The notes: a model not told the origin generated them from the letters alone. A stretch of DNA of 64,000 nt from Vampirovibrionaceae bacterium NZW_1234 (GCA_041697335.1 JBGUGD010000038.1:64001-128000), one strand, 5' to 3'; numbered from the stretch's first letter, positions 29,194 to 39,692 are shown. Numbers and translations are program-made.

Positions 29194-31203
29194 ATGGAGG
29201 CGTCTGACAACCTGATGGAGTTTGCGGCTGAAAGCATCCAATCCATTACACTGATTCTGGCCGTTGCTGGTCTGATTGGCCTGCTGTTCAATGTTGTCCG
29301 CCTTCCTGCGGTATTGGCCTTTATCCTCACCGGGGTTGTCATTGGTCCGGGTGGGCTAAAATGGGTCGCCAATGAAGAAGTCATTCGCCATATTGCTGAG
29401 ATTGGCATTGTCTTTCTGCTCTTTGTCCTCGGTGCGGAACTATCCCTGCCCCGAATCAAAGAAATGCGGATTCATTCGCTTTGGGCCGGGGTACTTCAGC
29501 TCGTCATCACCATCATTATTATGTCGCTCGGCTTTACATTAGCCGGGCTGGACTTAAAGGCCGCCATCTTCCTCGGCGGTGCCCTATCGCTCTCGAGTAC
29601 GGCGCTGGTACTGAAAATTCTGGGCGATCAGAATGAACTGGATGCCGCCCATGGCCGCATTGCCATGGGGATTCTCCTGGTTCAGGATCTGGCCCTGGTC
29701 CCCTTAATGGCCTTTATGCCTCTGCTTACTGGGCATGGGGGTGAAGGCCAGATTCTTCAGGCTTTTCTGGTGACAACCGGAAAGGTCTTGTTATTTTTGG
29801 CCTTTATCGTGTTGATGAGCTGGCGCTTTGTCCCTCGCCTGGCGGATAGGTTTGCGGCCAAGGCCAGCAAGGAGATCTTTGGGCTCCTGGCCATTGCTTT
29901 TGGCTTGCTGATTACAATGTTGGCAGAGTGGATGGGACTGTCTCACGCAGTTGGCGCATTTTTGGCGGGCCTCTGCCTCAGCCAGAGCCTGGTCAGCCGT
30001 CAGATCGTCGCCGACCTGATCCCGTTTCGCGATGTTTTTTCCAGCGTTTTCTTCGTCTCCATCGGGATGCTCCTGAACGTGCCCTTTCTGTTGGGCAACC
30101 TGCCCCTGATTCTCTTGGTTACCTGTGTGATTGTGGTGGTTAAACTTCTGGGCATCAGCTTGGCGGTCTATTTTCTCCGGTTTCCGGCAAAAACCATCTT
30201 CTGGTGTGCCATGTCGTTGTTTCAGGTTGGGGAATTCTCGTTTATTTTGCTTCAAACCGGCCTACAGACCGGCACCCTAGACGGGGTCCTCCTCAATACC
30301 GTGACCAGTGCCATTGTGCTAACCATGCTGCTGACCCCCCTAGCCATCCGCTCTATCCCCAGCTGGCTCAATTACATCGAATCCGACGGCGGGTGGCTCA
30401 AAGGTCTGGAAAAGGCACTTCCTGGGGGTGCGATGCCCCCGCTGAAAGATGAAGTGATTATTGCGGGCTATGGTCCCATTGCCAAAAACGTCGCCCATGT
30501 ACTGCAAAGCCATGACATCGGGTTTCGGGTCATCGAAATGAACATCAACACGGTCAAGCGGCTCCAGAATCAGGGCATCCACTGTGTCTTCGGCGACTCC
30601 TCCAATGCCGAAGTTTTGCATGCAGCTGGGATCCAGGAAGCCAAGGTTTTTGCCATCACCATCCCGGACATCCGCGCCACGGAGCTGGCCATTCAAAATG
30701 CCAAACGCCTCAACCCCCATATTTACTGCATCGTACGCACCCGCTATCAGCATCCCATCGGGGCATTGTTTCAGATGGGCGCCGATGAAGTGGTCTACGA
30801 GGAGTTTGAAACCAGCATGAGTTTTATCTACTCCATCATCGATGTCTTTGGCGACACGGTCAGCGACAAGGAAAGCTACATGCTGCTGCTGCGGGAAAAC
30901 CGTAAATCCCTGATGAACGCCGGAAAAGCCATCGAGGAGCAAATGCGCTACGGCCGCTTCAGCGTCTTCAAAGATACCAAGATTGAGTGGATCACCATCC
31001 CCGAAGGCAGCAATCTGGAAGGCTCAACGGTGGCCGATGCCGCCCTGCGCCAGCGCACCGGGGTCAATATTCTGTCCATTCTCGATGAGGATGGCGTGAC
31101 GCAACTCAACCCCGAACCGGATACGGTGCTCAGATCCAACCAGGTTCTTGTCGTCATCGGCACCCTGGAGCAACTGACGCACCTGGAATCGTTGTTGTGC
31201 TAG
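29194..31203 (+). CDS. CPA2 (Kef-like) cation:proton antiporter with TrkA-N/TrkA-C domains
   Basis: Multi-TM domain (LSSTA, LLVQDL, FFVSIGM, QVGEFSF), then IAGYG and an RCK-C domain. Confidence 0.9.
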   Translation: MEASDNLMEFAAESIQSITLILAVAGLIGLLFNVVRLPAVLAFILTGVVIGPGGLKWVANEEVIRHIAEIGIVFLLFVLGAELSLPRIKEMRIHSLWAGVLQLVITIIIMSLGFTLAGLDLKAAIFLGGALSLSSTALVLKILGDQNELDAAHGRIAMGILLVQDLALVPLMAFMPLLTGHGGEGQILQAFLVTTGKVLLFLAFIVLMSWRFVPRLADRFAAKASKEIFGLLAIAFGLLITMLAEWMGLSHAVGAFLAGLCLSQSLVSRQIVADLIPFRDVFSSVFFVSIGMLLNVPFLLGNLPLILLVTCVIVVVKLLGISLAVYFLRFPAKTIFWCAMSLFQVGEFSFILLQTGLQTGTLDGVLLNTVTSAIVLTMLLTPLAIRSIPSWLNYIESDGGWLKGLEKALPGGAMPPLKDEVIIAGYGPIAKNVAHVLQSHDIGFRVIEMNINTVKRLQNQGIHCVFGDSSNAEVLHAAGIQEAKVFAITIPDIRATELAIQNAKRLNPHIYCIVRTRYQHPIGALFQMGADEVVYEEFETSMSFIYSIIDVFGDTVSDKESYMLLLRENRKSLMNAGKAIEEQMRYGRFSVFKDTKIEWITIPEGSNLEGSTVADAALRQRTGVNILSILDEDGVTQLNPEPDTVLRSNQVLVVIGTLEQLTHLESLLC

Positions 31204-31475
31204 GGCCGTTTGTTATACAAATCCTGCGCCATTTGGTTAACCGCTGTATACAAGGGTTCTAAGGCAACCGCAACGCCCTTGAATATTGCACCGGAAGGCT
31301 GATTGTCATTTCCGGACTTATAGTAATTAATCACGGCCTGGGCCGCCGCTAAGTTTTGAAAAACAGTCGGGTTTATACCGTTATTGCTCGGCGTTTTTGG
31401 ATCTGGAAAGAAATCATCATCGGTTTTAATGCCAAAACGAACCTGGGGAGCTAACGAAGAAAAGCGAACCTGCAT
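31200..31475 (-). CDS. Hypothetical protein starting MQVRFSSLAPQVRFG
   Basis: GAGGAG RBS; convergent 4-bp overlap with the antiporter. Confidence 0.65.
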   Translation of the reverse strand: MQVRFSSLAPQVRFGIKTDDDFFPDPKTPSNNGINPTVFQNLAAAQAVINYYKSGNDNQPSGAIFKGVAVALEPLYTAVNQMAQDLYNKRP

Positions 31476-31932
31476 TTTTGGATCTCCTCACAATCATCAC
31501 AACACGTTCTTCTACTTGAGCAGAAAGCCTTGCCCTCAGGCACCGGCCTTACCTCTGCCGTGTTTCATTATGCAATGCTGATTTCAATCGGAACCCCAAA
31601 AAATACATAAAAAGGGATCATTGTTACACTTATTTATGATGCATTTATGGATTCCGGTTCCTGCCAGCCGCCGTGCCATTGCCCCAGGAAGGCACCTCAG
31701 GCAAACCGCTTCAGAGGCAGCCCAGGTCTTCTGAACACAGACAATCCTCCCATACGCTCTCTAACCGGGCATAAATCGTTCGGAGCGCCAAACAGGTATC
31801 GCATTTCAAAAGCATCACAACAGCGTTTGCAACCCTTTCTTTACAGGTAATTTGCATATCCATACGAACCATGATTCAATCATGGACACTTTTGGGAGTC
31901 GTTGACATTTTGTATCAACAAGGAACGATTTG

Positions 31933-32316
31933 ATGATTATCACTCAAACTGCCGTACGACCGGTTAATACTCGTGTCATGAAGTTTAAAAGTCTGGACCT
32001 GGGCCATTTGGTCACCGCAGCGGTTGCCTACCAGGTGGGCAAATCCGGCAAATCCGAAACAGACGCCCCGCAGCCGCTCACCCCTGAGGAGAGGAAACTC
32101 TACTCCGGAACACTCCTGGCTTCGGCGGGTATCCTGGTTGGTTTTCTGGCTCTGTGTGTGACGGCACCCTTAACCGGCCTGCAGTTGTATCCCTTTAACC
32201 TGTCTTCTAATAAAAACACGGCTGTCTCCAAAACGGATAGCCCCCAAACAAAGGCGCAGACCGACGCAACAGCGGCCCCGAAGCAATCCACCTGGCACCT
32301 CTATCCCTTCAAGTAG
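31933..32316 (+). CDS. Hypothetical single-TM protein
   Basis: AAGGA RBS; one hydrophobic segment. Confidence 0.5.
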   Translation: MIITQTAVRPVNTRVMKFKSLDLGHLVTAAVAYQVGKSGKSETDAPQPLTPEERKLYSGTLLASAGILVGFLALCVTAPLTGLQLYPFNLSSNKNTAVSKTDSPQTKAQTDATAAPKQSTWHLYPFK

Positions 32317-32492
32317 GGTGAGTCCTTTTCAACCAAACCTGGTAACCGCAAACCGGGTAACCGAGTGATCTCGCGGATCGGTACGTTATTGCCTATACCT
32401 CAGCACAGGGGACTGATCGACTGGCGTAGCCGATACAAACAATAGCCGTTTACGGATTTCTACGTCAGGTATTGCGCGACGGTCGGCAATGT

Positions 32493-33047
32493 CTAGTCTT
32501 CTTTACGATAAAACCCAAAGGCCGCAGGCTTGAACTTGTCCAACTCGGCCCGAAGCTGCTCGCGGCTTTCTTCCAGGCGCTTAATTTCGTCCCTCAGGGA
32601 ATCGTTTTCGCTTTTGCTGCGGATCAATTCCACCACCACTTCATCCAGGCCCGACAATTTGTCATCGAGCAACTGGGACAAATCCCGCAGGATTTCTTCC
32701 TTGGCGTTGCTCACGGACTCCACGATGCCCGACAAATCCGCCCGAGATAACGCCACACTGCGTTGGGCAGAGGCATAGCCGCCACGAGCCGGGGTTAGTT
32801 GTGGGCCGGTCTGCAAGGCCGTACTTTCCGCAGAGCGCGGCGCCAGGCCCAATTTTTCATCTTCAAAAGCTTTTTGCAGGGTTTCGACATCTTTAATACC
32901 AAAAAACAGATGCCCCGTGCGCTCGTTGCGATGGGGGTGAATCCCCAGCCGATTGCATAAGTTCAGAATCTTGGCCTCTTCGGTATGAAGTAACTCGCAC
33001 AAGTACGCCATGGTATACGGAAACGCATCGGTTGACATCGGATTCAT
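32493..33047 (-). CDS. MerR-like HTH plus coiled-coil protein
   Basis: YTMAYLCELL...RNERTGHLFFGIKDVETL; long C-terminal coiled coil. Confidence 0.55.
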   Translation of the reverse strand: MNPMSTDAFPYTMAYLCELLHTEEAKILNLCNRLGIHPHRNERTGHLFFGIKDVETLQKAFEDEKLGLAPRSAESTALQTGPQLTPARGGYASAQRSVALSRADLSGIVESVSNAKEEILRDLSQLLDDKLSGLDEVVVELIRSKSENDSLRDEIKRLEESREQLRAELDKFKPAAFGFYRKED

Positions 33048-33478
33048 GAACGGGCTGCCTCGTCTCAGTCGGTTTTAAACTGACATCATCTTAACACAAA
33101 CCCCGCCATCGAAAAGGACCTCAAGCACAAAGGGCAGCCATCAGAGTCCCATGTTCCGGTTCAGGCCGCTCTGAAGGTACTGACGGCCTTTACAATCAGG
33201 GAAACCCTATTCCATACTCAACCCAAGCAAACCCGACATTCTGCACAGAAAGTCCCTTCAAGCATGAAAAACACTCCAGGCAGCTTATGCCGTTTCAGCC
33301 ATTGAATGCCAGAGAAGCCCTTCAATTTGCTACACTTGTCAAAGCAACAGGCTGCCTGTCCCGTGAAAAACCGTCTTTCAGGCGGACATTATCCGAAAAA
33401 GCGTGTGCTATAATCTAGTTGGTCAAAACCCCTTTTCTGGTTAAACACATTAGTTTTAGCGACGGGATACAGGAGTCC

Positions 33479-35392
33479 ATGAAAAAGCATCAAACAACCG
33501 GTGTCTGGATCTTAGTGCTGATCCTTCTGGTGGTGGTCTTTGCTTCCACCCTGATCTTCAAAGATCAAGGCGCCATCCCCAAGGATTTGAACCAGACGCA
33601 ATTTAGCGAAATGGTACGAAACAAAGAGATTACGTCGGTCGTGATTCAGGAACGAGACCTGATGGCCGTAGGCAAGGATAAAAAGCAGTACAAGCTGGTC
33701 CTGCCCGCCAACGATGTCTCCTCCGATCGGATTATGCAGACGTTGGAAGAGAATAATGTACAAATCACCCAGGTCCGCCCGGAAGAAACCGGCAAGTGGA
33801 TTGGCGCGCTCACCACATTTATTGTGCCGCTGATTCTCGTCGGCCTCGTCATTTTGATGATCCGCAGCGCCCAGAGCGGTGGCTCGCAAGCCATGTCCTT
33901 TGGCAAAAGCCGGGCCAAGATGATGCCGGAAAACAAGGTCAAAGTGACCTTCAAGGACGTGGCCGGCATTAGTGAAGCCAAACAAGAGCTGGAAGAAATC
34001 GTGGACTTCCTGAAGAACTCCGAGCGTTACCAGAAGCTCGGGGCCCGTATTCCCAAAGGTGTTCTGCTGGTTGGGGCACCGGGTACCGGTAAAACCCTGC
34101 TGGCCAAAGCAGTGGCCGGAGAAGCCGGTGTGGCCTTCTTCACCATCAGCGGTTCGGACTTCGTCGAAATGTTCGTCGGGGTCGGTGCCAGCCGGGTACG
34201 CGACTTGTTCGAGCAAGCCAAGAAACACTCCCCCTGTATCATCTTCGTCGATGAAATTGATGCCGTGGGCCGTCAGCGGGGCGCCGGTTTAGGCGGCGGC
34301 CACGACGAGCGGGAACAGACCCTGAACCAGTTGCTGGTGGAAATGGACGGTTTTGACTCGGCCAGCGGGATCATTATGATCGCCGCCACCAACCGCCCGG
34401 ACATTCTGGACAACGCCTTGCTGCGTCCGGGTCGTTTCGACCGCCAGGTCATCCTGGATCGCCCAGATGTCACCGGCCGGGAGGAAATCCTTCGGGTTCA
34501 TGCCCGCAACAAACCTCTGGCCACGGACGTTGACTTGAAGCGTCTGGCCAAAAGCACCCCTGGCTTTACCGGGGCCGACCTGGAAAACCTGTTGAACGAA
34601 GGGGCCCTGTTGGCCGCTCGTGAAAACCGGGACAAAATCCACATGGAGCACCTGGACTTGGCCATCGACAAAGTCATTGCCGGGCCTGAAAAGCGCTCCA
34701 AAATCATCAAGGAAAAAGAAAAGGAAATCATCGCCTACCACGAAGTGGGTCACACTCTGATGGGCATTTTTGTTCCCAGCCAGAACAAGTTCCGCAAGGT
34801 CAGCATCATCCCCCGCGGGATGGCCCTCGGGATGGCCTGGAATATGCCTGAAGACGACAACCACCTGGTCACCCGGGAAGAGCTTCTGGCCAACATTGCC
34901 AGCATGCTGGGCGGTCGGGTAGCCGAGGAAGTCATCTTTGGCCGTATCACCACCGGGGCCTCCAACGACATCGAGAAGGCCACGGATCTGGCTCGTCGCA
35001 TCGTCACCATTTATGGGATGAGCGAGCGCCTGGGACCCATCAAGTTCGGCAAGAGCAACGAACACGTGTTCCTCGGCCGCGACTTCGGCAGCGATCGCGA
35101 TTACAGTGAGGAAGTGGCCTCGGCCATCGATCACGAAATCAAGACCATCATCGAGACCCAGTACCAGCTGGCCCAAAAGCTGCTGACGGAAAACCGGGAT
35201 ATGATGGACGCCATCGTCAAGGTGCTCTTGGAAAAAGAAACCATTGACGACAAGGAAGTCACGGGCATTATGGACAAGGTGCTGGAAGAGCGGGGCGAAA
35301 CCCCTCGGTTCTCCTCCCAGCTTCAGCGGGAAACCGAAGAAGCCGAATCCACCAACGGCACCGGTGCCCCCGAGCGGGAAACCGTTCACTAG
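33479..35392 (+). CDS. ftsH: ATP-dependent zinc metalloprotease FtsH
   Basis: Two TMs, [34 protein letters not shown]. Confidence 0.97.
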   Translation: MKKHQTTGVWILVLILLVVVFASTLIFKDQGAIPKDLNQTQFSEMVRNKEITSVVIQERDLMAVGKDKKQYKLVLPANDVSSDRIMQTLEENNVQITQVRPEETGKWIGALTTFIVPLILVGLVILMIRSAQSGGSQAMSFGKSRAKMMPENKVKVTFKDVAGISEAKQELEEIVDFLKNSERYQKLGARIPKGVLLVGAPGTGKTLLAKAVAGEAGVAFFTISGSDFVEMFVGVGASRVRDLFEQAKKHSPCIIFVDEIDAVGRQRGAGLGGGHDEREQTLNQLLVEMDGFDSASGIIMIAATNRPDILDNALLRPGRFDRQVILDRPDVTGREEILRVHARNKPLATDVDLKRLAKSTPGFTGADLENLLNEGALLAARENRDKIHMEHLDLAIDKVIAGPEKRSKIIKEKEKEIIAYHEVGHTLMGIFVPSQNKFRKVSIIPRGMALGMAWNMPEDDNHLVTREELLANIASMLGGRVAEEVIFGRITTGASNDIEKATDLARRIVTIYGMSERLGPIKFGKSNEHVFLGRDFGSDRDYSEEVASAIDHEIKTIIETQYQLAQKLLTENRDMMDAIVKVLLEKETIDDKEVTGIMDKVLEERGETPRFSSQLQRETEEAESTNGTGAPERETVH

Positions 35393-35413
35393 GCCGAATC
35401 ACCTACCGAACAA

Positions 35414-36922
35414 TTAAACATCCTTACGAACGCCGGGAAAGTCTACTTTCCCGGTTAGTTTGTATGTGACCCAGTGTTGGAACTTGGGCGCCAGCCAGCC
35501 AATGCACACGCCGCTGATGACATAGCTGGACAGCAGCGCAATGGTCTTGTACCGACCCGTCAAGGCCAGCATCCCAGGCATCCGGGTGCTGTTCACCTTC
35601 ATCAGCCGGGTGGCCAGTCCGGGAGCCACGTGGGACGAAGTCCGTTTGAAGAGACCCATCTGCCGGGGCAACCAGAGCAGTAACCGCTTTAAGGCATCTT
35701 CCTCGGCGGGGGCGCTGATCAGCAGGCCTTTTAAATCTTCCACATCCACCAGCTTCCGGGGGTCTAACAGATAGTGGTGCTTCGTGGAGGAGACCTTGCC
35801 GCCGAAGATTTTCCGGAAGGCGGTCAGGGGCAGGGATTCTTTGGAAGACAAGACGTGAAGCTTATTCTGTAACCGGGCCAATTCCAGAATCGGGTCCTTA
35901 TCAAACCTGCCGGTCAAAGGATTTAACCGCTTGGCAATCTCATCAAAGGCATTCTTGCCGGTTAAGCCTTTGAAGAAGGCCAGTTGCTCCTTCCACAGCT
36001 CAGGCTTGAACTGCTTTTTCTTCAGCCACGCCAGAGAATCGTAGGTCAAGCCGGTAAACACGCCTTTGGATTTGTCAAACCACCGCTTCAGATGCCCCTT
36101 CACATAGTCCCCGAGGAAATAGAGAAACAGGACAATGGACCCTTCCCGAATGGCCACTTCCGTCCGATCCACCCAGTTCCGGGCCTTGTACAACCGGCCG
36201 CCGGAAATCCCCATATCGATGGCCACGTTGCCGTAGAACTCGCTGTTGATGAGATTGGCAATCCCTTCCAGCAAACCGGCATTCCCACCAAACCGAGGGT
36301 AGGGTTGGGCTGCTGCCCATGCCGGCTGCTGTAAGGGCCCCCTCAGCCCTGTGGGGCTGAGCCCAACCTGATGACTGGATGCGATAGAACCCGAATTTTT
36401 GGAAAGAAGCGTGTGAAGCGCCTCAAAATTGATGCTTTTCTGGGGCTCGGAAACCTTGGGGGTGCTCTCCTTGCTGAGCTGGAACCGGGTAATGGCCTGG
36501 TTAATGGAGGGAATCACCCACCCGATAATGGCCACCGGAATAATGGTGCCAATCAGAAACTTGGCGATGTTGGCTTTCAAATAATCGTTCTTCCGGGAGA
36601 GAATCCACTGGGGAATGGCTTGCTGGTTTTTCTTCAGGAAGAGCATAATATCGACCTTGGGGTCCAGCCCTTTCCACCGCATCATGGGGTTCAGAATCCA
36701 CTTTTCCAAGGCCTTCCGACCGGCCAGCCAGACCAGGGTGGTGCTGAACTCCTCGATCATCCGCTCCCGGCCCGCATGATTGGCCCCGACGCCACCCCGA
36801 TTGTATTCCATTGCGCTTCTGCCGGCGTTATCAATGAGGTCCTTCACCCACAACGGGTAAAGGGAGTGCTCATTGTCGAGCGCCGAGAAGACTTTGGTTG
36901 TAACAGCGGGGGAGATTCTCAT
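35414..36922 (-). CDS. Hypothetical membrane-associated protein with internal two-fold repeat
   Basis: 502 aa; halves end in IIGWVIPSINQAITR and CIGWLAPKFQHWVTY; linker contains YPRFGG. Confidence 0.75.
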   Translation of the reverse strand: MRISPAVTTKVFSALDNEHSLYPLWVKDLIDNAGRSAMEYNRGGVGANHAGRERMIEEFSTTLVWLAGRKALEKWILNPMMRWKGLDPKVDIMLFLKKNQQAIPQWILSRKNDYLKANIAKFLIGTIIPVAIIGWVIPSINQAITRFQLSKESTPKVSEPQKSINFEALHTLLSKNSGSIASSHQVGLSPTGLRGPLQQPAWAAAQPYPRFGGNAGLLEGIANLINSEFYGNVAIDMGISGGRLYKARNWVDRTEVAIREGSIVLFLYFLGDYVKGHLKRWFDKSKGVFTGLTYDSLAWLKKKQFKPELWKEQLAFFKGLTGKNAFDEIAKRLNPLTGRFDKDPILELARLQNKLHVLSSKESLPLTAFRKIFGGKVSSTKHHYLLDPRKLVDVEDLKGLLISAPAEEDALKRLLLWLPRQMGLFKRTSSHVAPGLATRLMKVNSTRMPGMLALTGRYKTIALLSSYVISGVCIGWLAPKFQHWVTYKLTGKVDFPGVRKDV

Positions 36923-36968
36923 GGAGAGGGGCGTTCCTACGGTTTCTGGGGTAACGGGGGAAGGGCTT

Positions 36969-37006
36969 GAAACAAATCAGCCCCGGCAGGTGTCTTGCCG
37001 GGGCTG
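36969..37006 (-). terminator. Attenuator terminator 2
   Basis: Minus strand cagccccggca-loop-tgccggggctg followed by atttgtttc. Confidence 0.75.
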
Positions 37007-37028
37007 TAGGTCGTTTGGGTGTGTCTGT

Positions 37029-37127
37029 TTATGACAACGAACGCCAGCCTCGGCACAATCCAGGGCGGCGACGGCGTTGTTGCTGTTGCGCTTGTCTCAG
37101 GCTGGTTGTCACGAGGTTGAGGTTCAT
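37029..37127 (-). CDS. Leader peptide 2: MNLNLVTTSLRQAQQQQRRRRPGLCRGWRSLS
   Basis: Translated by hand; 3' part complementary to the 5' arm of the downstream terminator. Confidence 0.72.
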   Translation of the reverse strand: MNLNLVTTSLRQAQQQQRRRRPGLCRGWRSLS

Positions 37128-37165
37128 TGCGGGGGAGGTCCTGTTTCTGGTTTAGGGCTGTAACG

Positions 37166-37200
37166 AAAAACCACGGATCTTGTGTTGTGGATCCGTGGTT
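37166..37200 (-). terminator. Attenuator terminator 1
   Basis: aaccacggatc / gatccgtggtt 11-bp stem followed by a U-run on the minus strand. Confidence 0.78.
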
Positions 37201-37236
37201 GTAAGCTGTTTATGCGGTTTTTTAAACGAGCAACTT

Positions 37237-37308
37237 TTACCGTGGATCCACCTGAGGTTGGCGGCTACGGCGACGGCGTTGTTGTTGCTGTGCAAAAAGT
37301 TGACTCAT
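37237..37308 (-). CDS. Leader peptide 1: MSQLFAQQQQRRRRSRQPQVDPR
   Basis: Translated by hand; shares AQQQQRRRR with leader 2. Confidence 0.72.
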   Translation of the reverse strand: MSQLFAQQQQRRRRSRQPQVDPR

Positions 37309-37317
37309 AGTACAGTC

Positions 37318-37345
37318 ATTATCACTGTAAAAAGCATATTGTCAA
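37318..37345 (-). promoter_or_regulatory. Sigma70-like promoter for the leader region
   Basis: TTGACA-16nt-GATAAT ending 9 nt before the ATG of leader 1. Confidence 0.55.
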
Positions 37346-37416
37346 GGCGACACAATCTCGATTTCGCCGATTTGTAACACCCCGTTACAAATCCGAAAAG
37401 ACATCTCGAGTTGATA

Positions 37417-38445
37417 TCAAATGCCGGTATTCAGCAGATCGTGGAGGTGGACAATGCCTTCGGAGTACCCCTCGGCGGTGTTCACCGGAAGGACGGTAAT
37501 CTTGTTGTTCTCCATCATGGCCAATGCGGCGGCGGCCAAGGCTTCCTTGCCAATGCTCTTGGGATTGGCCGTGTAAACATCCCGGGCCTTCAGCGTGGCG
37601 ATGTCCTGATCCCGGGTGAGGGCCCGGCGGACATCCCCATCGGTAATCACGCCGCAGGTCTTGCCTTGGGCATCGGTCACCAGGGTCACCCCGAGTTTTT
37701 TCGAGGTAATTTCCAACAGGGCTTCTTTAAAAGGCGTATCCAACTGCACCACGGGCAGGGCATCACCGGTATGCATCACGTCACCCACCGTTAGCAGCAG
37801 TCGCTTTCCAAGGCTGCCTGCCGGATGAAAGACGGCAAAGTCGTTGGTTGTAATGCCTTTTCGGCGCATCAGGGTTACGGCCAGGGCATCGCCCATCACC
37901 AGGGTGTTGGTGGTGCTGGCCGTGGGGGCCAGGTTCAGGGGGCAGGCCTCCTGCTCCACGGAAATGTCGAGGACCACATCACTGCGGCGGGCCAGGGTGG
38001 ACTCCCCATTGCCGGTCATGGCAATCAGGGGGAGGTTAAAATGCTTGACTACCGGCAAAACTTGAAGTAGTTCCGGAGTTTCGCCGCTGTTGGAGATGGC
38101 AATGACCACATCGTCTTTCATAATCATTCCCAAATCCCCGTGCATGCCTTCGCCCGGATGGAGAAAGAAGGCCGGTGTGCCGGTACTGGAGAACGTGGCA
38201 GCTATTTTCTTGGCGATAATACCGGATTTGCCCATCCCGGTAAGAATCACCCGCCCCTGGCAGGCTTCCAGAATCCGAATTGCCCGTTCAAAGCGATGAT
38301 CCAGGCGGGCTTGCATCTGATGCAAGGCGGCGATTTCAATACTCATCACCCGATGGGCTTCTTCCACGGGATTAATGGTTTCAGCCGGGGGTGTCAGGCG
38401 TTCCCTGGACAGCGGTTCCTCTTTGAGGTGTTCCATCGGAGTCAA
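37417..38445 (-). CDS. kdsD: Arabinose-5-phosphate isomerase (SIS + CBS)
   Basis: GMGKSG, STGTPAFFLHPGEGMHGDLG, EACPLNLAPTAST, FHPAGSLG. Confidence 0.93.
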   Translation of the reverse strand: MTPMEHLKEEPLSRERLTPPAETINPVEEAHRVMSIEIAALHQMQARLDHRFERAIRILEACQGRVILTGMGKSGIIAKKIAATFSSTGTPAFFLHPGEGMHGDLGMIMKDDVVIAISNSGETPELLQVLPVVKHFNLPLIAMTGNGESTLARRSDVVLDISVEQEACPLNLAPTASTTNTLVMGDALAVTLMRRKGITTNDFAVFHPAGSLGKRLLLTVGDVMHTGDALPVVQLDTPFKEALLEITSKKLGVTLVTDAQGKTCGVITDGDVRRALTRDQDIATLKARDVYTANPKSIGKEALAAAALAMMENNKITVLPVNTAEGYSEGIVHLHDLLNTGI

Positions 38446-38632
38446 AGACCACTCCTTGAGGTTGTGTCAACTCTGCTTGAATCATAGCACAAACGATTCG
38501 CCTCGGAAGCCATGGGGGGATGACTTGCCCAGGGCCTAACGGACTGATCATTGGCAAACAACGCCCGGTGGCGTCTTTAATTCCGGATTCCGGTGTTTTT
38601 CAAACCAATTGTCACGTTTTATGACGTTTTTT

Positions 38633-38659
38633 TAAACTTTGTTCGAATCGGGTCGATAC
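38633..38659 (+). promoter_or_regulatory. Sigma28 (FliA)-like promoter
   Basis: TAAA-N15-GTCGATAC against consensus TAAA-N15-GCCGATAA. Confidence 0.45.
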
Positions 38660-38702
38660 AGAAATTAACTTTCCTCCGAAAACGACTGAGAGAGCTACGC
38701 CA

Positions 38703-39692
38703 TTGCTGATTAAACTACGTTTTGATGAAGTTGTAAGCCAGCAACCCTTGGCTTATGACATTTTAGACAGTCTTGGCCGGGTCATTTACCAGGCCGGCGA
38801 GACCGTGGAGAGCAAGAATCTTCGTAAAATCGCCCCCGACGGCATGTTCCGTCATCAAGAAAAACTTCCCCTGGAGTGGATTGTTCAGGACGAGATGCCC
38901 CAATTCTCGGACACCACCCAGTTGCAGTCCATCCTGAACCAATCCGATGAATACGCCCTGGAAGAACTGAATATTCCCTTCCTCCTGAACCGGGAAGAAG
39001 CCGTGCCCTACCTGAACAGCATGTTCGGCTTCTGGAAAAAAATCGAAGACGGCGAAGATTTCGATCTGGCGTTACTGGACATCATGCGCCATCAGTTGAT
39101 AGCCGATATCGTCCCCAAGATGGGACAACTCCAGTATTTAAACCAGCTTCGCATCCGGGATGAAGTCACTTTTTCGCACACCCTGGATGTGACGGCCATT
39201 AGCATTGCGCTGGGAGCCAAGCTCGGGCTTGATAACAAAGACCTCGAGACTTTGGCTCTCGCCGCCCTTCTCCATGATCTGGGCAAACTGTTCATCCCCA
39301 AACCCATTATGTTCAAGCCCACCCGGCTCACGGACAAAGAGTTCGAGGTCATGCAACTGCACCCGGAAATCGGCTACCGCATTATTCGGGAAGAACTGAA
39401 GCTGCCCGAAGAAGTGGCCCGCCCCGCCCTGGAGCACCAGGAGCTGTATGCCGGCGGCGGCTATCCGCAAAACCTCCGGGGAGACGAAATCCACTACTTC
39501 TCCCAGATTGTGAAAATTGCCGACGTCTATGATGCCTTAACGTCAAAACGCCCCTACAAAGAGAGCATCTGCTCCTACAAGGCCATTAAAATCATGCTCC
39601 TCGAAGGCAGCCAAAGCTTCAACCCGGAAATCCTGCGTCCCTTCCTGGATTTAGCCAACTTCCCCAAAGACGAAATTCCCGACGACCTCTAA
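38703..39692 (+). CDS. HD-GYP cyclic-dinucleotide phosphodiesterase
   Basis: LLHDLGK, HPEIG, EHQE..GGGYP, IADVYDALTSKRPYK. Confidence 0.9.
   Translation: MLIKLRFDEVVSQQPLAYDILDSLGRVIYQAGETVESKNLRKIAPDGMFRHQEKLPLEWIVQDEMPQFSDTTQLQSILNQSDEYALEELNIPFLLNREEAVPYLNSMFGFWKKIEDGEDFDLALLDIMRHQLIADIVPKMGQLQYLNQLRIRDEVTFSHTLDVTAISIALGAKLGLDNKDLETLALAALLHDLGKLFIPKPIMFKPTRLTDKEFEVMQLHPEIGYRIIREELKLPEEVARPALEHQELYAGGGYPQNLRGDEIHYFSQIVKIADVYDALTSKRPYKESICSYKAIKIMLLEGSQSFNPEILRPFLDLANFPKDEIPDDL

Noticed and set aside
36967..37377. Plus-strand Cys/Arg-rich ORFs in the ORF track
   Set aside because: They are antisense readings of the QQQQRRRR leaders; promoter and terminator polarity favour the minus strand.
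37374..37388. NtcA box
   Set aside because: Spacing is GTA-N9-TAC, not N8.
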